Shown here piece after piece: positions 18,206 to 27,246 of a stretch of 39,104 nt of DNA. The stretch comes from Nanobdellati archaeon (GTDB lineage: Archaea > EX4484-52 > WAPT01): contig WAPT01000025.1 in the NCBI GenBank assembly GCA_015520605.1, positions 1 to 39,104 on the forward strand, in the 5' to 3' direction. The notes under the pieces were generated by a model. That model did no database searches, was not told the DNA's origin, and saw only the letters and a list, made by a program, of their open reading frames with translations. The position numbers were made by a program, and so were the translations under genes. Within the stretch, counting starts at the first letter, position 1. Every line of letters begins with the position of its first letter.

Positions 18206-18844
18206 CTAATTCTCACACAATCTTTCCATCATGTTTATTTTAAAAGTTAGCGGATCCAGAATAGTAATCTCGTTGAGGTAAATGACCTCGCTTTTTCCTG
18301 AGTAGATTTCGCATCTCTTCGTATCTTTTGTCTTGTGCCCGAAGGTATGCAGCACTTCATCAACATCCACTTTTTTGGGAAACTGCTGTGGTTTTTCCTT
18401 TTCAAGTTCCGTCAAAACCTCCTCAATTTTGGACACGGAAACGTTGCCTACGAGATCAACAACCTCCAGTATCTGCTGTCTGAAGTGTTCTACCCATTCC
18501 CTCCTTATGTTTTCAAGATAAGGAATGGCACCTCTTGCCCCGACAATTCTACCTTCTCCATCCACCCCATTTTCAACGAGCTTTATCAGTGCGTCTCCGG
18601 GATAATGTCCTTTCGATTCCTCGCCGTATAGTACGAGATAGCGGATGTTGGGATTGGTTATCACGTTGACTATTATTTTTTCAACTCCCAGATTCTCCGT
18701 TTTGACACTGCCGAGTATGGCGATAGAAACGTGATGGAGAAGATCTGTGAAACTCTCCGGTTTGGTATTGAGGGTTGCTACAGCGATCCAGCCTTCCGGG
18801 TTGTTTACAATATAGTCCCCGATTAGTGGGGGCCAATTTTTCAT
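18206..18844 (-). CDS. mtrA: MtrA-like corrinoid protein, soluble (no C-terminal TM anchor)
   Basis: WPxxxGDY, KTENLGVEKIIxNxxxNPNIRYL, GxExKGH (cobalt-ligand His, codon 18605-18607) and GARGAIPYLEN. Confidence 0.92.
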   Translation of the reverse strand: MKNWPPLIGDYIVNNPEGWIAVATLNTKPESFTDLLHHVSIAILGSVKTENLGVEKIIVNVITNPNIRYLVLYGEESKGHYPGDALIKLVENGVDGEGRIVGARGAIPYLENIRREWVEHFRQQILEVVDLVGNVSVSKIEEVLTELEKEKPQQFPKKVDVDEVLHTFGHKTKDTKRCEIYSGKSEVIYLNEITILDPLTFKINMMERLCEN

Positions 18845-18855
18845 CGAACCTCACA

Positions 18856-19422
18856 TTATATTTTCTTTGTAGGAAACGATGGATTTGGTTGGGAAATAGC
18901 CAACCCTCCAAGAAGATGTGAGACATCGACGAAATCCACTTTTATTCCCGCATCTTTGAGAATCTCGAGCCCTTCGGTATCGCTGTATTCTCCGCAGACC
19001 ACAACCCTTTTTATTCCCGCATTAACCGTCATTCTGGCACACAGCTTGCAGGGAAACCCGTTTACATAAAGAGTTGCACCTTCTGCATTTCTGCCTGCCT
19101 GCATCAAAGCGTTCATTTCGGCATGAACAGCTATGCACTCCTCATGCATCATTCCGCTTGTACCACCTTTGGCCCTCTTCGGGCAGTATCCGAGTTCTAT
19201 GCAGTCTTTCATACCTCTCGGGGCTCCATTATAACCTGTAGATATGACTTGTTTGTTCTTCACCACCACCGCACCGTACTGCCTTCCAGGGATTATGCAG
19301 GTGGATCTCTGCGCAACAACCCAAGCCATTAAAGCGAAGTATTCGTCCACGCTTAATCTGGTTCTGCGCAGTGGTAAACTCTTTTCGTTTTCTCTTCCCA
19401 TAATCTCGGTTTTATCCCTCAT
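18856..19422 (-). CDS. dCMP deaminase (ComEB/deoxycytidylate deaminase family)
   Basis: RSTC, STGYNG, and zinc motifs HAE and PCxxC. Probable start is ATG 19422 after a GAGGTG SD. Confidence 0.9.
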   Translation of the reverse strand: MRDKTEIMGRENEKSLPLRRTRLSVDEYFALMAWVVAQRSTCIIPGRQYGAVVVKNKQVISTGYNGAPRGMKDCIELGYCPKRAKGGTSGMMHEECIAVHAEMNALMQAGRNAEGATLYVNGFPCKLCARMTVNAGIKRVVVCGEYSDTEGLEILKDAGIKVDFVDVSHLLGGLAISQPNPSFPTKKI

Positions 19423-19488
19423 ATTGACACCTCTCACGCACAGGACTTTGACTCCTTAGGTTCTTTAACCATATTTCAACTCATGATA

Positions 19489-20730
19489 TTACATTCCCAT
19501 AACTGGGGGAAACCACCTCTTTGCTTTTTTTCTTTCCTCCTCTTCCTCTTTTTTCATTACCCTCCACACGGGCTTGAGAACCTTCTCGAGATTTCTGACC
19601 TCGTCAGCTGAATTTCCCACACCGCATGTATTTCCCACACCCACGACCAGAATATTTCTGTGAGGGCTGAGCTTTATGAGTTCCTTAACTTTTTCCAGGG
19701 CTACAGGAGCAGCTCTGTATATCTCCCTCTTCATGGGGATGGATGCTTCAACATCCGACATTTTTATTATGACCCCGTCAAGCTCTATGCCATGCTTCGT
19801 GGCTATCTCCTCCACGAAAGGTCTATCAACTCCATAAGGAGACATGACAAAACCAACACCTTCCGCCACACTGCCCGTCTTCTCACCCTCCAGTTTAAGG
19901 CTGGCATCAATAGAAATAATGTGCTTTATCTTTTCCTTCTTTACAATCTTCTCTATCGCTCTCCACATCTTTGTCTGGGAAATTTCGGCGCCCTTTCCCT
20001 TGGCCTTCAAAACAAAAACATCCTTACCGTCTATTTTCTCCTTACTGACAACAACATCTGGCTCTATCTCCTCCCCTTCCTTGCTCTTCATCATCGTGGC
20101 CACAAGCGGTCCTATACCGTCCCCTATCGGTATCCCGTCCAGAAAAGCTTTTGTTGCTTTCAGATTTGCCTTGGCGGCTTTCATGATTTCAGGAAGCATC
20201 ATCTGAATTATGAGTCCGAGCTGAATGTTATTGGTCCTTTTTATGGTTTCCACGTAGTGTCTCATAATCTTATAGATCATAACAACACTCATCGCCCCAA
20301 GCAACCCGAACTTGACGTTTTTCTTACTGTCCCTCTCTTCGATTTCTGCTATGCGAGACACGAACCTTTCTATTCTTGACTCGGCAAGTTTGGTTATATG
20401 TTCTATTTTGTTGAGTATCCCGTAGGGATCTATGTCTACAGGAGAAACAGCAAAAAAGTCCATGAACGCACTGATTTTTTTTCTTAGTGTAACGGTGCTA
20501 GCTCCTTTCTTTCCTTTTAGTTTCTTTATTTTCTTCACGACATCATTCTGAGATTCTATAGCGTATTCTTCCAGTTTAACGAGCTCAGATTCAAGTGTGT
20601 TGAGTATCTGCCATAAATATAATTTTGGATAGAAATAAAGAAATACTAAAAATAATAAAAATGAAAACAAATCTCCACCTCCGAAAAGATTACCATTCAT
20701 TTTTAAAACGTTCACGCTATCACCTTCCAA
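19489..20730 (-). CDS. DUF1512 family protein
   Basis: N-terminal TM, PVDIDPYGI, PIGDGIGPLVA, IDASLKLEGEKTGSVAEGVG and VGVGNTCGVG. Exact start uncertain. Confidence 0.85.
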   Translation of the reverse strand: MEGDSVNVLKMNGNLFGGGDLFSFLLFLVFLYFYPKLYLWQILNTLESELVKLEEYAIESQNDVVKKIKKLKGKKGASTVTLRKKISAFMDFFAVSPVDIDPYGILNKIEHITKLAESRIERFVSRIAEIEERDSKKNVKFGLLGAMSVVMIYKIMRHYVETIKRTNNIQLGLIIQMMLPEIMKAAKANLKATKAFLDGIPIGDGIGPLVATMMKSKEGEEIEPDVVVSKEKIDGKDVFVLKAKGKGAEISQTKMWRAIEKIVKKEKIKHIISIDASLKLEGEKTGSVAEGVGFVMSPYGVDRPFVEEIATKHGIELDGVIIKMSDVEASIPMKREIYRAAPVALEKVKELIKLSPHRNILVVGVGNTCGVGNSADEVRNLEKVLKPVWRVMKKEEEEERKKAKRWFPPVMGM

Positions 20731-20971
20731 TATCTCTACACAAACGAATGCTATGCAGGCACTTTTTCTAAAATATAGTGTTACATGAAGATTACAATAA
20801 TAACCGAACAGATAATTTTATAAAAGGTTCTCATTTCAGTTCCACATCTATGTTGTTTGTTTAACGTATGGTCGTCTCATATTCGTGATAAAACTTATTT
20901 AAGCATTGAGTCACAAGAATAAAATAATAATTATGGGCTATATCCCAAACAACCTTTAGAGAGGATGTTTC

Positions 20972-21703
20972 ATGAATTCGAAGGTAGCAGCGTTTGTTGT
21001 TCTTGGTGTAATCTTTCTGCTGGCTGGAGTTTTCAATATGGTCTTTGAAAAAATGAAGTCTTTAGACGTCAATATGTACTCTTCAGATTTGCTATCTGGA
21101 TTATTCTCGAGGATAACAGGTTTCATCGCTGGTGCTACCAGAACTGCCACATCTGAAATAGAAGCTAATTTTACTCTTCCATCGGAGTTCCAGCAGGACT
21201 TTGACGATCTTAAAGCTAATTCTTTGAGAATAGTTACCTGTAGCAGAGTTTCATCCATCCAGATAAAGCCGGTGGTGGGTTCTCCATACACTCTTGAACT
21301 TATGCCATCAACATCGGTAGACATCCAGGGATATATTGGAAATTTCATCATTGATGATGGACTCAAGATCGATGGCAGAGCTTCCTCAATCCAGTCAAAG
21401 GAAATAGAACTCAAGGCCGAAAATTCCGTTCTCAGAGTGAGCAGTACGCCTATAAAGTTCAGGAATCTAATACTCAACAATGTTTCCATCGACTCTCTTG
21501 AGCTTGTAAATGTGAAGGGAAGCATAACAATTAAGGAGGGGAAGGATTCTATTATTCATATAATTTCACAGTCCAGAAATATCGTACTGAGAAACTTTAT
21601 TGGGGATGTAATAATAAGTGGAAATAAAATTTTCATAAAGGGCAGAGCATCATACAATCCAGCGGCACTTTTCTCACCACCTATAAACATTCCTGTGAAG
21701 TAA
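20972..21703 (+). CDS. Hypothetical protein with N-terminal membrane anchor and beta-rich ectodomain
   Basis: Hydrophobic residues about 5-24, then Ile/Ser-rich alternating strands. SD-like GAGGA upstream. Confidence 0.7.
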   Translation: MNSKVAAFVVLGVIFLLAGVFNMVFEKMKSLDVNMYSSDLLSGLFSRITGFIAGATRTATSEIEANFTLPSEFQQDFDDLKANSLRIVTCSRVSSIQIKPVVGSPYTLELMPSTSVDIQGYIGNFIIDDGLKIDGRASSIQSKEIELKAENSVLRVSSTPIKFRNLILNNVSIDSLELVNVKGSITIKEGKDSIIHIISQSRNIVLRNFIGDVIISGNKIFIKGRASYNPAALFSPPINIPVK

Positions 21704-21710
21704 AAAACGG

Positions 21711-22193
21711 GTGCACACTCTAATGGGTTTGCCATTGGAAATATTAACTGGAAATGCTAGTATCAGGGTGTATTTATTTTTTCTTTTCATAATTTTCGTG
21801 GTAATATCTTATCTAACCGTTAAGTTTATGTTACGTACCCTTATGTTCATGATGATCGGAGCAACATTCCCTTTTTTTCTAAAATACGCACTCAGTTTAA
21901 ACATCAAGATAACGGCACTTACCGTGCTGGGATACGCGGTTCTGGGTGGGGTTCTTTACCTGTGTTACGCCGTTCTAAAAGCATTATTTACCACAGGAAA
22001 GGTTGTGCTTTTCATTATTCGAATTATTTCCTTCCCTTTCAGGCTTGGGTTTAGAGTTGTGATGTTCCTTGTAAAAAAGGTCGGAGGAGGTGGAAAGCAG
22101 AAAAGCAGGGTTGAAAAGGAGCGGCTTGAGGTCATAAAAAGTGTTGATGACAAGGAAGAAGAGCGAGAGGGGAAAGAAGAAGTGAACAACTAA
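21711..22193 (+). CDS. Hypothetical membrane protein (about 4 TM, charged C-tail)
   Basis: Hydrophobic segments. Starts 7 nt after the previous gene, so probably co-transcribed. Confidence 0.7.
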   Translation: MHTLMGLPLEILTGNASIRVYLFFLFIIFVVISYLTVKFMLRTLMFMMIGATFPFFLKYALSLNIKITALTVLGYAVLGGVLYLCYAVLKALFTTGKVVLFIIRIISFPFRLGFRVVMFLVKKVGGGGKQKSRVEKERLEVIKSVDDKEEEREGKEEVNN

Positions 22194-23356
22194 ACCTCAC
22201 TGACGTGCACTTCGACAATATCCCCATCGTTGAGCACGTGATCAAGCCCCACTTTCTGCCCGTAAAACTTGACGGATGTGCCGTAAACTTTCGCGAATTT
22301 AAAACGCGAGACAAAATCACTCCTTATCCTCTCACAGACGTCTTTAACCGTTGAACCCTTTTTCAATATCATCGGTTCTTCGAGGTTTGCCGGCTTACCC
22401 GGTTTTTTTGTGTAGATTCTCATGAATTCGCACACTTCAAATATCTTATTAACAAGCTCCTCTAACCCATCCTTCTTCTCCACCGAGATGAAGACAACAT
22501 CCATTTTTATGGGGAGGTTTTCTTCGAGCCAGCGATTTATCTTTTCCAATTCTTCTTTACCGACCATGTCTATTTTGTTCACAACCAGCACCCCCCGAAG
22601 GTATGCTCTGTTAGCGAGGAGCGCGTCTATTAACCTCTCAGCATCGATATCCTCCTCAATTATTACCTCCGCGTTGTGTACCTTAAACTCCCTTAGTATG
22701 GATTTTATCGTTTCCTCATCAAGCTTCGTGAGCTTAACCTTACTGAATATGTTTATTGAGCCGCGATCCTTCTTGATGATCTTGATTGCCGGTGGGCTCT
22801 GGTTTATTCTTATCCCGACCCTGTGTAGATCTTTCAGAATCGCTCCTATTTGGTTGTATGTGAGCACATCAACCATAATCAGTAAGACATCGCCCATCCT
22901 GACATATGACAAGATTTCTCTCCCACAACCTACATCATCAGCTGCGCCGCTGAGCAGCCCCGGAATGTCAAGGATCTGTATTCTTGCACCCCCATACTCG
23001 AGCATACCTGGAATGACTGTCGTGGTGGTGAAAGTGTATTCGCCAACTTTTGATTCAGCATGCGTGAGCGTGTTAAGCAGGCTGGATTTCCCAACGGAGG
23101 GAGGACCAACAATCACAGCTGTGGCATCTCCGGTTTTCTTTACACCCTCACGGGAGCGAGAAGCTTTTCTTTTTGCGCGCTGTATTTCCAGTTCTTCCTT
23201 CAGTCTTGCGAGCTTTGCCTTTAGTCTTGCGAGATGAGCTTCCGTACCCTTATTTACGGGTGTCTTTCTTATCTCCTCCTCAATTTCCCTTATCCTTTCC
23301 TCCAGCCTGTCCATAATCATCACGTATGAGGATGGTTCTGGTGGAAAAAGACACAT
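22190..23356 (-). CDS. DRG/Rbg1 family OBG GTPase with TGS domain
   Basis: TPVNKGTEAH, GPPSVGKS, YTFTT, DIPG, NKID and GQKVGLDHVLNDGD. True start is probably 23314-23320. Confidence 0.95.
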   Translation of the reverse strand: MCLFPPEPSSYVMIMDRLEERIREIEEEIRKTPVNKGTEAHLARLKAKLARLKEELEIQRAKRKASRSREGVKKTGDATAVIVGPPSVGKSSLLNTLTHAESKVGEYTFTTTTVIPGMLEYGGARIQILDIPGLLSGAADDVGCGREILSYVRMGDVLLIMVDVLTYNQIGAILKDLHRVGIRINQSPPAIKIIKKDRGSINIFSKVKLTKLDEETIKSILREFKVHNAEVIIEEDIDAERLIDALLANRAYLRGVLVVNKIDMVGKEELEKINRWLEENLPIKMDVVFISVEKKDGLEELVNKIFEVCEFMRIYTKKPGKPANLEEPMILKKGSTVKDVCERIRSDFVSRFKFAKVYGTSVKFYGQKVGLDHVLNDGDIVEVHVSEV

Positions 23357-23358
23357 AA

Positions 23359-23937
23359 TTACTTTTTATTACTCTCAGAATTTTTATCTCGCTTAATTTC
23401 AAGAATCTTCAGTTCCTCAAAAAACAGCCTCCTTCTTTCCATTAACTTCCACTTCATTCCGTGAGCATTCAGAGTGGCTCTGAGCCCTTCATCCACGCTA
23501 TAGCTTGAGATTAAAAGATAAGCGGCACAAAACCTTCTGAGCCTTGCAAGGGATTCAGCAAATTTTTTCAGAACATCTTCACCGTTAGGCGTGTTCTGGT
23601 GGATGGTAACATCGAACTTTTCACCGTTCTCCCGCCAGAGGTATGGGGGATTGAACACGACAATGTCCGCCTCTTTTATAAAGTCCACGAAGTTGCCAAG
23701 CACGATGCTTACATTTGAGGGGAGGGATCCTTTCTTCCTTTTTTCTTTTAGCAATCTTATAGCATCCCTGCTTATATCCGAAGCAACAACATGCTTTGTC
23801 ATGCTGGATAACACTTCGGCCAGTATCCCGCTACCGCTACCAACGTCAATTGCAGTGTTAATTTCACATTTCTCCAACTTTTTCTCAAGAAATTCCAACA
23901 TGAAAAAGGAATCCTCTCTCGGCTGATATACATGCAT
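23359..23937 (-). CDS. HemK2/Mtq2-like release factor glutamine methyltransferase
   Basis: VYQPREDS, DVGSGSG, FNPPY and LFFEEL. Confidence 0.88.
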   Translation of the reverse strand: MHVYQPREDSFFMLEFLEKKLEKCEINTAIDVGSGSGILAEVLSSMTKHVVASDISRDAIRLLKEKRKKGSLPSNVSIVLGNFVDFIKEADIVVFNPPYLWRENGEKFDVTIHQNTPNGEDVLKKFAESLARLRRFCAAYLLISSYSVDEGLRATLNAHGMKWKLMERRRLFFEELKILEIKRDKNSESNKK

Positions 23938-24025
23938 AGGAAACAGCCCTTATGTGGTTTTTTCAAGATATGAGAATAAGAAAAGAAATTTGCTGTGTTC
24001 TCGTTCCGGATTATTATTTAGGGTA

Positions 24026-24211
24026 TTATTTGGAGATGTCCCTGTCAAGAACTTCCAGAACCTTAGCATTCTGCAATATTCCCTTGCCTCCGGTGTTTTT
24101 CATAAGGACAGCATTGCAGACGAGGCATCTAACCTCCGTTGCAGGCTTACTAAATATGTTCTGCTCGTTGTTGCACTTGTAACATTTAACTCTCAAAAAC
24201 CTGCCCACCAT
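24026..24211 (-). CDS. rps27e: 30S ribosomal protein S27e
   Basis: FLRVKCxxCxNEQxIFS...CxxC...TGGK. ATG 24211 follows a GAGGTG SD. Confidence 0.95.
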   Translation of the reverse strand: MVGRFLRVKCYKCNNEQNIFSKPATEVRCLVCNAVLMKNTGGKGILQNAKVLEVLDRDISK

Positions 24212-24233
24212 AACCCACACCTCGAAAATATTT

Positions 24234-24551
24234 TTACTGGCTAACGAGCTCGAATCTTTTGAAGCGCTGCGCCCTCTTTATGAGGTGGGCCTTCCCGCAC
24301 TGAGTACAGATAAACTTGAGACAGATCTTCCTAACCGCTTTGGCACCATGTTTCCTGCCGTGCTCTATAAGGGGGTAGGGTGAGCTTCCGTAACCCTTTT
24401 CAAGCTTCTTTTTCCTGTATCGAGTGCCCGCTTTCAGGGATGATGTCTTTCTTCGGCCGGCAGTTTTTACTATCTCTATTTTGTGTACCGTGTGCGTCTT
24501 GCAGTACGGACAGTGTCTCTTAACCTCTTTTGGCATCTTAATTTTAACCAC
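24234..24551 (-). CDS. rpl44e: 50S ribosomal protein L44e
   Basis: MPK...[12 protein letters not shown] and CTQCGKAH. Confidence 0.95.
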   Translation of the reverse strand: MVKIKMPKEVKRHCPYCKTHTVHKIEIVKTAGRRKTSSLKAGTRYRKKKLEKGYGSSPYPLIEHGRKHGAKAVRKICLKFICTQCGKAHLIKRAQRFKRFELVSQ

Positions 24552-24617
24552 CCCGTAAAAACAGGATAAGCTAATTGCTAATCCCCAAACTTTATAAGTT
24601 TTTTGTCAGCCTCTTTT

Positions 24618-25376
24618 TTAAACCCGTAACTCCCTCGCCCTGCCAGTTTTAACGAGAGCTCTCGCTATTTTTTCTGGCACCGCCACTATCTGCCCTTTCT
24701 TCCACGGACCGTACTTGTTGAGGTCTATGCCTATAAAGGCGGGAACATCCTTTATTATTTCCAGCCTCATAAATTCACGGGACGGGGTTTTATTACTTGT
24801 TTTTTCCCCTTTTTCTTTCTCAGCTTCAGTCTCCCTATTCTCTTTATCCTTCTCTATTTCCTTTCTCCTAACACTTTCCGCTAGTTTCTCAGCTTCTTTC
24901 TCCATTTCGTGACCCGTTTTCACATCCCTGTTGACAGCTTCCTCCCCACTATTTTGTACTTCCAACTCCCTATCTATCAGCTGCAGTGAGTTACGGTGGA
25001 GGGGGTCTATCAGCATGAGAATATCATCCAGCAGCAATCTGTTCTTCACAATCTCGTGCTTCAGCGCATTAAACAGAGCTTCCTCGTGAGGGAGCATGTT
25101 CTTGGGTTTTATCCCGGTCCTAGCGGCATGTAGGGCGGCCCTGACTATCTTTTGCTCCCTTCTTTCGAAAATGCACTTTATCACGGGTTTAAGATTCTCT
25201 ATCTCCTTCTTTTCAGCGAACGTCAACATCTCCGGCTTGGAAAGCAGTTCAACCTTTCTCTTTATGTAATCCCTTAGCTGATCTATGAAATCGTCAGGTA
25301 GCTTCTGTAGTTCCGGGCTTTCTCTTTCCTTTCTCTGAAGCTCCCGGAGGAAACGAAAATTGATCTCACCACCCAT
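24618..25376 (-). CDS. GINS subunit (Gins51/Gins15-like)
   Basis: LQKLPxDF, RRExKI and EE.LF in the A-domain, a charged linker, then B-domain PAFIGIDLxxYGP...VP...A..L...G.A. Canonical position upstream of L44e. Confidence 0.88.
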   Translation of the reverse strand: MGGEINFRFLRELQRKERESPELQKLPDDFIDQLRDYIKRKVELLSKPEMLTFAEKKEIENLKPVIKCIFERREQKIVRAALHAARTGIKPKNMLPHEEALFNALKHEIVKNRLLLDDILMLIDPLHRNSLQLIDRELEVQNSGEEAVNRDVKTGHEMEKEAEKLAESVRRKEIEKDKENRETEAEKEKGEKTSNKTPSREFMRLEIIKDVPAFIGIDLNKYGPWKKGQIVAVPEKIARALVKTGRARELRV

Positions 25377-25563
25377 GGATAATGGCTGGGAATTTAATTT
25401 TTAAATTTGGAAGCCCCCAAACATGCCGTTAATGTTGCATAATTTCTACGGAATCTTCCCTGATTTGTTAACCAATCGTCGAATTGGAATACACGTATCT
25501 TGAAAACATTTAAAAATGTTTGCATGTGGTGTATATCAACCAACTAATAATATGTCCAGATAG

Positions 25564-25803
25564 GTGAGTGAAATGCCTGTCTGCGAGATATGCGGGGAAG
25601 ATGTGAGCGAGGTCAAGGAGTGCAAGATGTGCGGGGTTATTTTCTGTCAGGATTGTGGTGATTTCGAGAGAGAGCTTTGCGAGGACTGCATATTTGAGAT
25701 GGAGAACGGAGAGGATGAAGAAGATTTTGATATGGATGACGAGGAAAATTTCTTTGATGAAGATGAAGAGGACTTTTTTGAGGATGAAGATGAGGAGTGG
25801 TGA
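25564..25803 (+). CDS. Small 8-Cys zinc-finger protein with highly acidic tail
   Basis: CEIC, CKMC, CQDC and CEDC, then a D/E/F-rich tail. SD-like AGGTGAG present. Start is GTG 25564 or ATG 25573. Confidence 0.75.
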   Translation: MSEMPVCEICGEDVSEVKECKMCGVIFCQDCGDFERELCEDCIFEMENGEDEEDFDMDDEENFFDEDEEDFFEDEDEEW

Positions 25804-25815
25804 GCCCTACTTCCC

Positions 25816-25831
25816 TGTTTTTTATTTTTTG
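25816..25831 (+). terminator. Oligo-T terminator candidate
   Basis: Two T runs separated by a single A, about 15 nt after the stop at 25803. Confidence 0.5.
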
Positions 25832-25868
25832 AATTCCAAATATAATTTGTTATATCAACCTTGTTTAT

Positions 25869-27212
25869 TCATTTTATTTCCGTAACGGCACCGTTATAGA
25901 GTATTCGGACGGTGTCCCCTATCCTGTAGCCTTCCTCAAGCGCCATGGACGCATAGCTCGCAAGTCTTTCCGTTTCCCCATGGCTCGGGATCACATATTC
26001 TGGCCGGAGCATTTTGAGGAGCTCTCTGTGATCTTCTCTCCTCGCATGTCCCGAAACGTGAACATCATCGATTATCTTCGCTCCCTGCTCCTTGAGAAGC
26101 TCGATTACCATGTATTTACTCGCTCTATTTATTGGGTGGGGGATAGTCTCGGATGCAAAGATAACAACATCATCCTTCCTTATCTTGAACTCGTACTGCT
26201 TTCTGGCCATCCTCCACAACACGGAGTTCTCCTCACCCTGGTTGCCGGTGCAGACAACAAGGTATTCTTCTGGATGTTCTGCGACCTTTTTCATCGTCCT
26301 CTTTATTCCCCTCTTTCTCCCGAAGACTCTTACACCCCTGAGATTTATTAGACCGAGTTGCGAAGCAGGAATGACGTAATTATCGAGGGATCTCCCAACC
26401 ATCACAACTTTCCTTTTGTCTTTGTTTTCCTCTATTATGCTTTTCAGCCTCGCTATGTGAGATGCAAAGGTTGTAATTATCACAGCTGATTTTTCATAAT
26501 CGTATGCTTTGTTTAGCGCATATCTCACAAGGTGCTTTGCCACGCTTTCGGGTGGGGTTATCGAAGGTTCTGTTACTCTCACACACTCGGAAATTAGAAG
26601 TTTTACCCCTTCTTTGCCAAGAGCTTTTATGCGCCGGTAATCCGGTTTTTTCTCCAGCACCGGTTCGTCATCCAGCTTGTAGTCGTTGGCGTAAACCACA
26701 GTCCCCTCTTTTGTGTGAAGTACTGAGAGCACCGTCTGGGGTATACTGTGGGTTATGTGCACGAATTCCAGCTGAAGGTTTTTACTCAGCTCGACGGTAT
26801 CGTTGGCGTTCATGGGGTAAAGCCTGCTTTTAAGGTAACCTTTGCCTTCATCATCCAGCAGATTTTTTATGACCTCAAGCGTGTAGGGTGTGGCATAAAT
26901 TTTACAGTTATACTTCTCCGCAAGCCGGGGGACAGCTCCACAATGATCTAAGTGACCGTGATTTATGACTATACCGACAACATTTTTTCCTTCAAGTATT
27001 CTGTCGTTGGGTATGGCCCCCATCTCTTTCATCGCTTCCGTGGAGGCTGCCCTCTCCTCGTCTTCCATGGATACTATCTTTTCCATAGAATAGCCCATGT
27101 CAAATATCACAACCTCTCCATCAACTTCCACAGCCGTCATGTTCTTTCCAACTTCGTTGTAACCTCCTATTGCGTATACCTTCATCATTCTCACCTTTTC
27201 CGTGCTTTTCAA
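25869..27212 (-). CDS. rnj: Ribonuclease J (beta-CASP metallo-beta-lactamase)
   Basis: GGYNEVGKNMT, HGHLDH, HSIP, FASHIAR, TGNQGE and HVSGHA. Start may be at MMKVYAIGG. Confidence 0.95.
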   Translation of the reverse strand: MKSTEKVRMMKVYAIGGYNEVGKNMTAVEVDGEVVIFDMGYSMEKIVSMEDEERAASTEAMKEMGAIPNDRILEGKNVVGIVINHGHLDHCGAVPRLAEKYNCKIYATPYTLEVIKNLLDDEGKGYLKSRLYPMNANDTVELSKNLQLEFVHITHSIPQTVLSVLHTKEGTVVYANDYKLDDEPVLEKKPDYRRIKALGKEGVKLLISECVRVTEPSITPPESVAKHLVRYALNKAYDYEKSAVIITTFASHIARLKSIIEENKDKRKVVMVGRSLDNYVIPASQLGLINLRGVRVFGRKRGIKRTMKKVAEHPEEYLVVCTGNQGEENSVLWRMARKQYEFKIRKDDVVIFASETIPHPINRASKYMVIELLKEQGAKIIDDVHVSGHARREDHRELLKMLRPEYVIPSHGETERLASYASMALEEGYRIGDTVRILYNGAVTEIK

Positions 27213-27246
27213 AGGAGCTTTACCCGTACATTCCCCTAAGGGAGTA

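Noticed and set aside
17264-18844. mtrA/mtrH as evidence of methanogenesis
   Set aside because: No mtrBCDEFG or mcr in the window, MtrA lacks its membrane anchor, and the context is nucleotide metabolism.
22422-23237. Long antisense ORFs (271 aa here; also 1093-1740, 19660-20379, 27202-27834, 32454-33119, 35852-36403)
   Set aside because: They lie opposite well-supported genes and have shadow-like composition with no motifs.
23359-23937. NPPY protein as a DNA adenine methyltransferase of a restriction system
   Set aside because: VYxPxEDS and LFFEEL motifs, small size and ribosomal context fit HemK2/Mtq2. No nuclease is nearby.
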